Part shown: piece after piece, positions 27,889-36,815 of the stretch
How positions within the stretch are numbered: the first letter of the stretch is position 1
Layout of the letters: every line of letters starts with the position of its first letter
DNA from: an uncultured SAR86 cluster bacterium
GTDB taxonomy: Bacteria > Pseudomonadota > Gammaproteobacteria > Magnimaribacterales > D2472
DNA: 64,000 nucleotides
Direction: 5' to 3'
NCBI GenBank assembly: GCA_902528875.1
Contig: CABZTX010000003.1
Span: 13,068 to 77,067 of the forward strand
Made by a program: the position numbers and the translations under genes
Notes under the pieces: generated by a model
What the model was told of the DNA's origin: nothing
The model's input: the letters and a program-made list of their open reading frames with translations, nothing else
Databases searched by the model: none

Positions 27889-28158
27889 TTAATCTAGCGC
27901 TTTAAAACCAGAAGCTGATTCATAATCTTCATTATTAAAAAATTTTTCCATTTGTTCTGAGAGCCACTTTCTATTATTTGGATCTGACATATCAAGATGT
28001 TTTTCATTAATAAGTGTAGTTTGATGAGATTTCCACATCTCCCATGCCTCTTCAGATACTGTATTCATTATTTCAATTCCTTTTTGTCCTGGCATTGGAG
28101 GTATCTGTAAAGCTGGAAGTTCTTTACCAAGCTTTTTGCACAATATTTTTTTAGACAT
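27889..28158 (-). CDS. yggX: Fe(2+)-trafficking / oxidative-damage protection protein YggX
   Basis: 89 aa. The pattern CKKLGKELPALQIPPMPGQKGIEI...W..W...QT.LINE matches YggX. Lies downstream of mutY as in E. coli. Confidence 0.85.
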   Translation of the reverse strand: MSKKILCKKLGKELPALQIPPMPGQKGIEIMNTVSEEAWEMWKSHQTTLINEKHLDMSDPNNRKWLSEQMEKFFNNEDYESASGFKALD

Positions 28159-29161
28159 ATTCTTCTATTATAGTCATTATAGGTTTTGGCAGGCCATAAT
28201 TATGAATTTGTTTTTTATTTATCCATTGGTGTTCTAGATTAGAATTAACTTTAAATATATCTTTATAATCAATAATCTCTATTTTTATATTTAATTCTAG
28301 GTGCGTTAAACAATGGTTTATAGTTGTTGTCTTTTTCTTTAAAGATTTCTTAAAAATACTTTCTTTATTTAAGTATTTATCATCGTAGGGAACCCAAAGA
28401 CTTTCCCAAAAACTTTTATCATTTTTTTTAAATAGCAAAAATGTATTATTTGAATGGGCTAGGGTAAAGAAGATATCTTTTACAGGCCTAATTTTTTTGA
28501 CCTTAGTTTTTATTTGAAAATTTTGAAAGGCACTTTTACATGTCTTTTTAAGCGGACAATCGAAACATTCAGCAGATTTGCTTCTACAAATTGTTGCACC
28601 GAGATCCATAATACCTTGAGTGTACTCAAATATATTTTTTTTTGGAGTTAGATCTTCTGAAGAAGACCAGAGTTCTTTGATTGAAGTTTTTTCTTTTAAA
28701 TTGATTTTTTTATATCTTGATATAACTCTTTTTACATTTGCATCTAATATTGGAAAAGGCTCTTGATATGCAATTGACATAATTGCACCAGCAGTTGATC
28801 TTCCAATCCCTGGTAACTCTACCAACTCGCTAAATTTTTTTGGGAATCTATTGCTGAAAGATTTTTTTATTATCTCTTTTGTTTTGTAGATGTTTTTAGC
28901 CCTTCTATAGAATCCAAGGCCTGTCCATAGTGCCAAAATATCATCTTCTCTTGCAGGAGCAATGGATTTTAGATTGGGGTACTTTTTAAGAAATTTTTTG
29001 TAAAAAGGAATTACAGTTTTAACTTGAGTTTGCTGAAGCATTATTTCTGAAATCCAAATTTTATAAGGAGAAATATTCTTTCTCCAAGGTAAATTATCCC
29101 TTCCAAATAAGCTATACCAATTAATAATCTCTTTAGAAAATTTTTTGTCTTTTAGCCTCAA
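28151..29161 (-). CDS. mutY: A/G-specific adenine DNA glycosylase
   Basis: LPWR and IMLQQTQV motifs, HhH-GPD region (LPGIGRSTAGAI), the 4Fe-4S motif C-X6-C-X2-C-X5-C (CRSKSAECFDCPLKKTC), and a C-terminal Nudix-like domain. Confidence 0.9.
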   Translation of the reverse strand: MRLKDKKFSKEIINWYSLFGRDNLPWRKNISPYKIWISEIMLQQTQVKTVIPFYKKFLKKYPNLKSIAPAREDDILALWTGLGFYRRAKNIYKTKEIIKKSFSNRFPKKFSELVELPGIGRSTAGAIMSIAYQEPFPILDANVKRVISRYKKINLKEKTSIKELWSSSEDLTPKKNIFEYTQGIMDLGATICRSKSAECFDCPLKKTCKSAFQNFQIKTKVKKIRPVKDIFFTLAHSNNTFLLFKKNDKSFWESLWVPYDDKYLNKESIFKKSLKKKTTTINHCLTHLELNIKIEIIDYKDIFKVNSNLEHQWINKKQIHNYGLPKPIMTIIEEYV

Positions 29162-29165
29162 GTTA

Positions 29166-29786
29166 CTAAATTAAATTTATTTTATTTATTACTTTACCAT
29201 TCTCATCAAAGCTATAATGGATTGGTGCGCCAGTTGGGATTTCTAACTTGACTATATCCTTATCAGACATATTATCTAAAAACTTTATTAATGATCTTAG
29301 TGAATTCCCGTGCGCAGCAATAAGCACATTCATATTTTTTAATATTAATGGATGAATTTCTCCAAAATAGTAGGGTAAAACTCTTTCACCTGTTTCTTTT
29401 AAAGTCTCCCCACCAGGAGGACCTTTATCATAAGATCTTCTCCATATTTGGACTGTTTCTTCACCCCATTTTTCTCTGCACTCATCTTTATTTAGACCTT
29501 GAAGATCACCATAAAATCTCTCATTTAAAGATTTATTTTTTACAATTTTCACATCCTCTTGACCAATGTTTTGCAAGATTATAGAACCAGTAAGTTGAGC
29601 TCTTATAAGAGCTGAAGTAAACATATAATCAAATTTTATATCTAGACCTTTGATAAGCGTTCCAGCATTTTTTGCTTCATCAGAACCTTTCTTTGTTAAT
29701 CCAGGATCTTCCCAACCAGTAAAAAGATTTTTTTCGTTCCATTCACTCTGCCCGTGCCTTACCAATATTAGATTTCTATTTTTCAT
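29166..29786 (-). CDS. gpmA: 2,3-bisphosphoglycerate-dependent phosphoglycerate mutase (short form)
   Basis: LILVRHGQSEWNEKNLFTGW catalytic-His motif and a second His motif AAHGNSLR. 206 aa. Confidence 0.85.
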   Translation of the reverse strand: MKNRNLILVRHGQSEWNEKNLFTGWEDPGLTKKGSDEAKNAGTLIKGLDIKFDYMFTSALIRAQLTGSIILQNIGQEDVKIVKNKSLNERFYGDLQGLNKDECREKWGEETVQIWRRSYDKGPPGGETLKETGERVLPYYFGEIHPLILKNMNVLIAAHGNSLRSLIKFLDNMSDKDIVKLEIPTGAPIHYSFDENGKVINKINLI

Positions 29787-29831
29787 TTACTTTTTTTCAT
29801 AATTTAATCTATTTTAATAGATAATATATAC

Positions 29832-30236
29832 ATGGAACTAATTAATTTTTTAATTGAACATTATTATTTGTCAGGACCACTATTAATTGTGATTGTCTTA
29901 TTAATAATCTCGAATGCAAGAAAAGGTGGAAAAAAAATATCAACACAACAATTAATAAGTCTTTGCAATCAAGACAAAGCCTTTTTAATTGACCTGAGAG
30001 ACTCAGATTCATTCAAAAATGGGTCTATAACAAATTCTTTCAATATCCCTTCAAATGATCTAATAAGAAGGAGCAATGAAATTAGTCAAAAAGAAAAATC
30101 CATTGTTTTGATATGTGAAATGGGGAACGTTTCTCCAAACTCTGGAGAACTATTACAAAAAGAGGGATTTGAAGGTATTTTAATTTTAAAGGGTGGAATT
30201 AATCAGTGGAAAATGGATAACTTGCCATTAGTCTAA
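29832..30236 (+). CDS. Membrane-anchored rhodanese-domain protein (YibN-like)
   Basis: N-terminal TM helix followed by a single rhodanese domain with an active-site-loop Cys (VLICEMGNVS). 134 aa. Confidence 0.75.
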   Translation: MELINFLIEHYYLSGPLLIVIVLLIISNARKGGKKISTQQLISLCNQDKAFLIDLRDSDSFKNGSITNSFNIPSNDLIRRSNEISQKEKSIVLICEMGNVSPNSGELLQKEGFEGILILKGGINQWKMDNLPLV

Positions 30237-31624
30237 ATTCCATGCTCTTTCATTTTTTTTGATAATGTATTTCTCCCCCATCCTAAAATTTGTGCGGCAT
30301 CATTTTTCTTTCCATTAGATCTTTCAAGCGCAGTTTTAATAAGCATTTTTTCAATTTTTGAGATTGCGATTTCAGATAGTCCAGAGTCAATATTTAGCGA
30401 GACATTTTTAAGCCAATTTTTCATGCCGTCCTCCCATGATGAAGAAGGAACATCAATCACCTCGTATTCTTTAACCTCAGTTGGTAAATCTTGAGCTTTT
30501 ACATTTTGATTTGGTGACATTAAGGTTAGCCAATAACAGACATTCTCTAACTGCCTGACGTTACCTGGCCAATCATATTTCATCATGATATTTTTGGCAT
30601 CTTCGGATAAGACCCTCAGATCTTCATCTAGTGAATCTGAATAGTTTTTAAGAAAATATTTTGATAGATCATCAATATCCTCTTTCCTTTCTTTCATTGG
30701 AGGCACATCAATCTTGATAACATTTAATCTATAAAATAAATCTTCTCTAAAATGTTTTTGAGAAACAAGATTACTTAAATTTTGGTGAGTAGCCGCGACA
30801 ATTCTTACATCGACTTTAATTGGCTTATCTCCTCCAACTCTATAAAATTCTTTATTCGAGAGTACACGAAGCAATCTTGTCTGTGAATCTAAAGGCATAT
30901 CACCAATTTCATCTAAAAATAAAGTACCTCCATTTGCCTGTTCAAATCTCCCTACTCTTTTATCCACAGCTCCAGTAAAGGATCCTTTTTCGTGGCCAAA
31001 TAACTCTGATTCAACCAACTCTTTAGGAATATCTGCCATATTTAGAGCAATAAAAGGCATGTCATGCCTTGGGCTATTTTTATGCAGTGATTTTGCAATA
31101 AGCTCTTTTCCTGTTCCTGACTCTCCTTGAATTAAAACTGTCGCTATTGTATTGGATAATTTTCCAATTGCCCTATAAACATTTTGCATGGCTTGAGACT
31201 CTCCAATAATATCTAATTTATTGTTTTTTTTGAGTCCTTTTGTTTTTGGTTTGTCTTCAAGAGCTCTCTCAACAATCTGTATTGCTTCCTCAAGATCAAA
31301 AGGTTTTGGAAGATATTCAAAAGCGCCTCCACCAAAAGATTCAATAGCTGCCTGCATATCAGCAAAAGCAGTCATTACAATAACTGGAAGATCTTCAAAA
31401 TTATTGTTTATATGTTTTAAAACATCGTATCCTAACATTCCTGGCATTTGAATATCCGTTATTATTAAATCAGGACTTTCTGTCTCTAATTGTTTTACAA
31501 GCCCATCACCAGTCTCAAACACTTTTGTTTTAAAACCAGCTTCATTTAAACTCTCTTCAAGAATAATTCTTATTGCTTCATCGTCATCTGCAATCCAAAT
31601 TTTATGCAATTTTTGGCTCCTCAT
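30233..31624 (-). CDS. glnG: Sigma-54-dependent nitrogen response regulator NtrC
   Basis: Receiver domain (DLIITDIQMPGM), AAA+ Walker A GESGTGKE, the sigma-54 contact motif ESELFGHEKGSFTGA, and a C-terminal Fis-type HTH. Follows ntrB with a 23-nt overlap. Confidence 0.9.
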   Translation of the reverse strand: MRSQKLHKIWIADDDEAIRIILEESLNEAGFKTKVFETGDGLVKQLETESPDLIITDIQMPGMLGYDVLKHINNNFEDLPVIVMTAFADMQAAIESFGGGAFEYLPKPFDLEEAIQIVERALEDKPKTKGLKKNNKLDIIGESQAMQNVYRAIGKLSNTIATVLIQGESGTGKELIAKSLHKNSPRHDMPFIALNMADIPKELVESELFGHEKGSFTGAVDKRVGRFEQANGGTLFLDEIGDMPLDSQTRLLRVLSNKEFYRVGGDKPIKVDVRIVAATHQNLSNLVSQKHFREDLFYRLNVIKIDVPPMKERKEDIDDLSKYFLKNYSDSLDEDLRVLSEDAKNIMMKYDWPGNVRQLENVCYWLTLMSPNQNVKAQDLPTEVKEYEVIDVPSSSWEDGMKNWLKNVSLNIDSGLSEIAISKIEKMLIKTALERSNGKKNDAAQILGWGRNTLSKKMKEHGI

Positions 31625-32681
31625 TCTTAATCCTAAGTGGGATATTGATTGAAAAAGAAGTTTTACCGGGCTCAGATTTAAAAGTTATCCCTCCACCATG
31701 AATTCTAATAATGTCCTGTGCAATTGTAAGACCAAGACCTGATCCAGTTTCTTTTAAAGATACCATTGGAAAAAAAACCTGATCATGAATATCTTTGGGT
31801 ATTCCTGGACCATTGTCTTCAATTTCTATTCCACATACTGTTTGATGGATAATGCCATTCACTGGCTGATCGTACCTTACCCTTGATCTAATTATTACAC
31901 AGGGATTTTCAGAACTTTTTAAAGCTTGTTGAGCATTCATTACTATATTTAAAATAGCTTGAACAAAAAGATTTTCATCTCCATTAATCTCAGGAATACT
32001 TGGATCATAATCTCTTATTATTTCAATTTCTTGATTTTTATCAGCCTTTGCAAGTGCAAATACTTTTTCAAGTGCCGAATGAATATTAAAGAAATTTAAA
32101 TTAGGCTTAGTAGGAGGCGTAAGAATCTTAGTGACAATTTGATTTAATCTGTCTGTTTCATCAATAATAATTTTTAAGAATTTTGATGAAAATTTGTCAT
32201 TAAGTTTCTTATCTAAGATTTGTGCACTGCCTCTAATTCCTGATAATGGATTTTTTACTTCATGAGCTAACATTCTCGCAAGATTAGCAGCAATTTTTTG
32301 AGTAGAAAAAGTTTTTGTAGAGTCTATTATTTTATTTAGATTATCTACACATAGGATTTCAAGAATCAATGACTTATATTCTCTGCTCCATTTAATTGTT
32401 AGATCAATTATTCTTTTCGAGTCATCTGAGGATATAATTTCAAAATCTCTTTTAGTTTTAGATCCATGTGTTTCGACGGTTTTTTTTAATAACCCAACTA
32501 AGGTTGAATTAGTCTTAGCAGAAAGTTGATCTGTAATAATATTTTTTTTATCTTTGATCATGACCCAGCCCTTATTCAGAGCTGAATCATTTAGCCAAAC
32601 AATATTAAAATTTTTATCAAGAATAATAATCTCAGTAGCCAACTGATTCAAAAAAGATAAGTTTGTATTTTTTAAATTCAT
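31602..32681 (-). CDS. glnL: Nitrogen regulation sensor histidine kinase NtrB
   Basis: N-terminal PAS-like region, H box LAHEVKNPLSGIRG, and N/G boxes (NAQQAL, DNGPGIP, GSGLGL). 359 aa and cytoplasmic. Confidence 0.85.
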   Translation of the reverse strand: MNLKNTNLSFLNQLATEIIILDKNFNIVWLNDSALNKGWVMIKDKKNIITDQLSAKTNSTLVGLLKKTVETHGSKTKRDFEIISSDDSKRIIDLTIKWSREYKSLILEILCVDNLNKIIDSTKTFSTQKIAANLARMLAHEVKNPLSGIRGSAQILDKKLNDKFSSKFLKIIIDETDRLNQIVTKILTPPTKPNLNFFNIHSALEKVFALAKADKNQEIEIIRDYDPSIPEINGDENLFVQAILNIVMNAQQALKSSENPCVIIRSRVRYDQPVNGIIHQTVCGIEIEDNGPGIPKDIHDQVFFPMVSLKETGSGLGLTIAQDIIRIHGGGITFKSEPGKTSFSINIPLRIKNEEPKIA

Positions 32682-32686
32682 AAATA

Positions 32687-32714
32687 TTACTGCCCAATAT
32701 CAATAGGGCAGTAA
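32687..32714 (-). terminator. Stem-loop between glnII and ntrB (putative attenuator or partial terminator)
   Basis: Perfect 9-bp inverted repeat TTACTGCCC (32687-32695) / GGGCAGTAA (32706-32714) with a 10-nt loop. On the coding (minus) strand it is followed by TATTT and then the ntrB ATG only 5 nt downstream. Confidence 0.45.
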
Positions 32715-32728
32715 AATCATCAAGCTAG

Positions 32729-33697
32729 TTAAGTTAGTGTTCCTACAATATGCGCAAGAATTTTATAAGGATCTGCATTAGAAGCAGGTCTTCTATCTTC
32801 AAGATAGCCATTCCAATCATGCTCAACTGTATATACAGGTATTCTTATACTAGCACCTCTGTCACTAACTCCATAAGAGAAAGTATCAATACTTTGTGTT
32901 TCATGAAGACCGGTTAATCTCATATCGTTATCAGATCCGTATGCAGCTATACCATCTGTATGTACTTCACCTAATTTATCACACATTGAGTTAAAGAGTT
33001 CTTCAGAGCCAGAAGTTCTCATAGCTTCGTTTGAAAAGTTAGTATGCATTCCTGAGCCATTCCAATCACCAGTTTTTGGCTTAGGATGAATGTTTACACC
33101 AACACCAAATTCTTCAGCAATCTTATATAGCATATAACGGCTTACCCATAAATCATCTGCAGCCTTAATGCCTTTACCAAAACACTGATATTCCCATTGA
33201 CCTATTGCAACTTCAGCATTAGTTCCAGTTAATTCAATTCCCAGATCTAAGCAAGCTAAAAGATGAGCATCGGAGATTTCTCTTCCAGAAACGTTTCCAG
33301 CACCAACTGCACAATAATATGGACCTTGAGGTCCTGGCTCACCATTTTCCCAACCTAGTGGTTCACCTGTTTCAGGATCTGTAAAAAAGTATTCTTGCTC
33401 AAATCCAAACCACCATTCGTCAGTTACGACTTCTGCTGCTGCAGCTCTAAAGTTTGATGGATGAGTTGTATGATCAGCAGCTTGAACTTGTGTCATAACA
33501 AGATCATGACCATTTGGATTTTCGTATGTTTGAACAGGCAAAAGCAGGCAATCTGAACTTCCGCCTTCTGCTTGTTCTGTTGAAGATCCATCAAATGACC
33601 AATCAGGTGGACTTTCATCTTTGGTAGCTTTGACTTTGCTTCTCATTGATGGTTCAGGCTTATATCCATCGAGCCAAATATATTCGTAAGTTTTCAT
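32729..33697 (-). CDS. glnII: Glutamine synthetase type II (eukaryote-like GSII)
   Basis: 322 aa. The protein shows end-to-end resemblance to GlnII rather than the 469-aa GSI. Shared segments are YEYIWLDG, FDGSSTEQAEGGSSDC, WFGFEQEYF, PQGPYYC.VG, NAEVAIGQWEYQ, DWNGSGMHTNFS, LTGLHET and DRGASIRIP...GYLEDRRPASNADPY. A strong SD (GAGGAG) lies 6 nt upstream. Confidence 0.9.
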   Translation of the reverse strand: MKTYEYIWLDGYKPEPSMRSKVKATKDESPPDWSFDGSSTEQAEGGSSDCLLLPVQTYENPNGHDLVMTQVQAADHTTHPSNFRAAAAEVVTDEWWFGFEQEYFFTDPETGEPLGWENGEPGPQGPYYCAVGAGNVSGREISDAHLLACLDLGIELTGTNAEVAIGQWEYQCFGKGIKAADDLWVSRYMLYKIAEEFGVGVNIHPKPKTGDWNGSGMHTNFSNEAMRTSGSEELFNSMCDKLGEVHTDGIAAYGSDNDMRLTGLHETQSIDTFSYGVSDRGASIRIPVYTVEHDWNGYLEDRRPASNADPYKILAHIVGTLT

Positions 33698-33818
33698 TAA
33701 ATTCTCCTCATGTTAAAAAAATGTTAAGAATGCTGTATTTAATTAAATTGCACTATTATTGATATTATTATGCATTTTTTCTGTGCGAAATAAAGTTTTT
33801 TGCTTAATTTAATTACAT

Positions 33819-34397
33819 TTATCCAATATTAAGAAAATTTCTTATTTTATTCATTTTTTTACTAAGTGATGTATATGAATGGTCTCCACCAAAGGTAATA
33901 TCAATGTTAGATCCATAATAATATGAACATGTATTTTTATAACTTAACACTTCATCGTTTGACTCTAATAGGATTAGAGTATTTCTTTGATTTTTATATT
34001 TTTTATAAGATATTGTTCTTAAATATTTTATATCTTCATCAGTAACATAAAACTCCTCACCTGTAGAAAAATTTTTGTTTTTTCCTAAGTAAATATCAAA
34101 ACCTTCAAGAGGATAGATTGCTGGATTAATTAGTACGACCTTGGCCTTAAGTTTGGTTGCAAAGTATGATGCATAATATCCACCCAGAGAACTTCCCATC
34201 AAACAAATTTCAAACTTACTATATCTCTCAATTAACTTCTCAATTTGAGAGATTGTTTCTGAAAAGTTATTACTTAAGTCAGGAGCAATAATTTTTGCAT
34301 TTGTAATTTCATCAGAAAAGAATTTTTTTAGCATTTTAACTTTATCTGATTTTGAGGATGAGGCGAATCCATGAAAATATAAAACTATAGCTTTCAA
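33819..34397 (-). CDS. yqiA: YqiA family esterase (alpha/beta hydrolase, UPF0227)
   Basis: LYFHGFASSSKSDK, nucleophile elbow GSSLGGYYA, and GGDHSY near the C-terminus. Collinear with E. coli YqiA. Confidence 0.85.
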   Translation of the reverse strand: MKAIVLYFHGFASSSKSDKVKMLKKFFSDEITNAKIIAPDLSNNFSETISQIEKLIERYSKFEICLMGSSLGGYYASYFATKLKAKVVLINPAIYPLEGFDIYLGKNKNFSTGEEFYVTDEDIKYLRTISYKKYKNQRNTLILLESNDEVLSYKNTCSYYYGSNIDITFGGDHSYTSLSKKMNKIRNFLNIG

Positions 34398-34398
34398 T

Positions 34399-34824
34399 TT
34401 ATATTTTCAAACTAGTATCAATTCCTGAGGCTAAAATAGATTCCAGCCACTCAGTTAGAAATCTATTTTGTTGTATTTTTTCATCTTTAGATTGAATAAA
34501 AGAATTTTTTAGAAAGAATGGTATTGGTTTTTCTCCTTGATAAGAAATAACCTCTGCAAGCTTTGCATCAAGACAAACCTGAAAACGCAAAGTAAAATTA
34601 TTGATACCTTTCATTTTAGATGAAATCTGCTTAGCCTCAATTATTAAAGTATGTTTAGATTTTTGTAATATCTTAAAAATTACTTTATTGTGGCTTAAAC
34701 TATTATTTACAGTTTCATACTCATAATTATCACTATCAAAGTTTATTAAGATTTTTTTTAAACGCAGAAAATTTGCTTCGCATATTGATAATTGGTAACT
34801 TGTCTTAGGTAAGTTTTTTAGCAT
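34399..34824 (-). CDS. yqiB: DUF1249 protein (YqiB-like)
   Basis: ICEANFLRLKKIL, LDAKLAEVIS and KDEKIQQNRFLTEWL align with the corresponding E. coli YqiB segments. Lies adjacent to yqiA. Confidence 0.75.
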   Translation of the reverse strand: MLKNLPKTSYQLSICEANFLRLKKILINFDSDNYEYETVNNSLSHNKVIFKILQKSKHTLIIEAKQISSKMKGINNFTLRFQVCLDAKLAEVISYQGEKPIPFFLKNSFIQSKDEKIQQNRFLTEWLESILASGIDTSLKI

Positions 34825-35957
34825 TATTTAATTTTATATTCTTTTTTAAATGGAGTATATCTGTTGCAAGCTTCTATATATCTGTTAATTTCATTCTTTT
34901 CTTTGTTGCAGAAATCTAAAATTGCACCTTTAAGATCTTCTTTATGTATGTAATGATAAGAACTTGATTTTTGTGGCTCGAAGCCTCTGCGTATTTTATG
35001 CTCGCCCTGTACACCAGGATCAAAAGTGTCAATTTTATTTTTTATACAAAATTCTATCCCCTGATAATAACAACATTCAAAATGAAGTGAGTCAATATTG
35101 TAACTAGAGCCCCAATGTCTGCCATATAAAGTTTTCTTACTTTTGAAACACAAAGATCCAGCTATTTTTTTATTTTTATGAACAGCAAAAAAAATTACAG
35201 GCTTCAAAATTGACTTATTTTTGTGAACACCTTCAAAAAATTTTTTATTTAAGTAAGGCATTTGCATTCTTTGATGATAGGTACTTTTATAAAAATCATA
35301 GAAAATTTCCCAATCCTCCTTTGTAATATTATCGAGATCTTTTATTTCAAAAGTTATACCGAGATCTTTTATCTTTTTTCTTTCAGATTTGATATTTTTT
35401 CTTTGTCTTGACTTGAACACATTAAGATAATCATCAAAACAGCTATAATTTTTATTTTGCCAAATAAATTTATATCCATAACGCTCAATAAAGCCATTTT
35501 CTTTTAAATTATTTCCAAGAGCTTTATCTGGAAAAAGTACATGCCAAGTCTCGATATCTTTGTCATCCATAAAAGATATAGTTTTATCAATAAAGTCTAA
35601 TGAAAATTCTTTTTGTAAAAACTTTTTTGTTTCACATGGCGTGAAGGGCACAGCAGTCAAAAGTTTTGGATAATAATTCCTTCCTGCTCTAGATAAAGCA
35701 TACGACCAGGAATGATCGAAAACAAACTCTCCTTGACTATTATTTTTAATATACAAAGGCATAAAACCTTTTAAGATTTTATTAAAAGATATTAAATGAT
35801 TGGGCTGCCAGCCATTTTTAATAGATACGCTTTTTGAATTTTCCAAAGAATCTAAAAAAGAATACTGTATAAAAGGATTATCGTCATTTTTGATTAATTT
35901 TTGATAATCCAACTCTTTCAACGATGAAATTTTTTGAATGAATTTTAGGTTTTCCAT
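34824..35957 (-). CDS. DUF482 / FemAB-like GNAT-fold N-acetyltransferase family protein
   Basis: 377 aa. The N-terminal pattern NPFIQYSFLDSLENSKSV...GWQPNHL is typical of the DUF482 family. Confidence 0.65.
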   Translation of the reverse strand: MENLKFIQKISSLKELDYQKLIKNDDNPFIQYSFLDSLENSKSVSIKNGWQPNHLISFNKILKGFMPLYIKNNSQGEFVFDHSWSYALSRAGRNYYPKLLTAVPFTPCETKKFLQKEFSLDFIDKTISFMDDKDIETWHVLFPDKALGNNLKENGFIERYGYKFIWQNKNYSCFDDYLNVFKSRQRKNIKSERKKIKDLGITFEIKDLDNITKEDWEIFYDFYKSTYHQRMQMPYLNKKFFEGVHKNKSILKPVIFFAVHKNKKIAGSLCFKSKKTLYGRHWGSSYNIDSLHFECCYYQGIEFCIKNKIDTFDPGVQGEHKIRRGFEPQKSSSYHYIHKEDLKGAILDFCNKEKNEINRYIEACNRYTPFKKEYKIK

Positions 35958-35963
35958 TACGAA

Positions 35964-36812
35964 TTAAATAATAATTTCAAAATAAAAGCTTATTACCGCA
36001 ACAAGGCCAATCCAATTATTTATTTTAAAGGCCTCTAAAAACTTGCCTTGATTTATCAATTTCTTTTGAAAAAAAAGCAACGAAATTAAGACGATCAACG
36101 TAATGATAAAATAAAAAGAAAATGAATTGATCAAAGCAACTAAAGTCAACATGAAATAAAAAAATATTTGAAGAGATTGACATATTTTTATTGAATTTGT
36201 ACCCCACAATATTGCTGTAGATTTAATACCAATCTTTATATCATCTTCTTTATCCTGAAAAGCGTAAATAGTGTCGAAGCTAACTATCCATGCAATTATT
36301 CCAACATATAACAACAAAATAGATACTGTAAATGTATCTGAAACTAAAGAGTAAGAAATGATTGATCCTGAGCCAAATGTAATTCCTAGAATTATTTGAG
36401 GAGCAATAAAAAATCTTTTAGTTAAAGGATACAACACAATAAGAAGAGCAAAAAACAAAGATATTTTTACTGTGAAAGGGTTTGTTAACAAAAGAATTAA
36501 TAAAGATAGAAAACTTAACAAGAAAAAAAATCTCCAGGCAGACTGAAGAGTAACAGCACCACTTGCTAGAGGCCTACCGACCGTTCTTTTTACCAATTTA
36601 TCAATTTTAAAATCGCTTATATCATTAATTACGCATCCACAAGACCTAACTAGTATTGATCCAATTATGACTATAAACAATTCTTTAAAACCTATATTTG
36701 AATTAAATCCAGAGATTAGTAAGCCAAGAAGCGATGGCCATAATAAAAGATAAATGCCTATAGGTTTATCAAGTCTGGCAAGCTCAATATAAGGTCTCAT
36801 ATTTTGATACAT
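35964..36812 (-). CDS. ubiA: 4-hydroxybenzoate polyprenyltransferase
   Basis: UbiA prenyltransferase Asp-rich motifs (NDISDFKIDKLVKRTVGRPLASG and YAFQDKEDD). About 8-9 TM helices. Confidence 0.9.
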   Translation of the reverse strand: MYQNMRPYIELARLDKPIGIYLLLWPSLLGLLISGFNSNIGFKELFIVIIGSILVRSCGCVINDISDFKIDKLVKRTVGRPLASGAVTLQSAWRFFFLLSFLSLLILLLTNPFTVKISLFFALLIVLYPLTKRFFIAPQIILGITFGSGSIISYSLVSDTFTVSILLLYVGIIAWIVSFDTIYAFQDKEDDIKIGIKSTAILWGTNSIKICQSLQIFFYFMLTLVALINSFSFYFIITLIVLISLLFFQKKLINQGKFLEAFKINNWIGLVAVISFYFEIII

Positions 36813-36815
36813 AAT

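Noticed and set aside
32729-33697. Elevated GC of glnII (about 45-48% in spot-counted lines against about 28% in ntrB) as evidence of recent horizontal transfer
   Set aside because: hppA shows the same elevation in a spot count (about 47%). The signal therefore tracks conserved, Gly/Ala-rich, highly expressed genes rather than foreign origin. Phylogeny, not composition, is needed.
33698-33818. Sigma-54 promoter and NtrC sites upstream of glnII
   Set aside because: I looked on the coding strand for GG-N10-GC with TGGCAC/TTGC context. The nearest candidate (TCGCACAGAAAAAATGCA) lacks the GG and has the wrong spacing. The TGCA...TGCA pairs have the wrong spacing for the 17-bp NtrC site. No call is made, and a proper PWM scan is needed.
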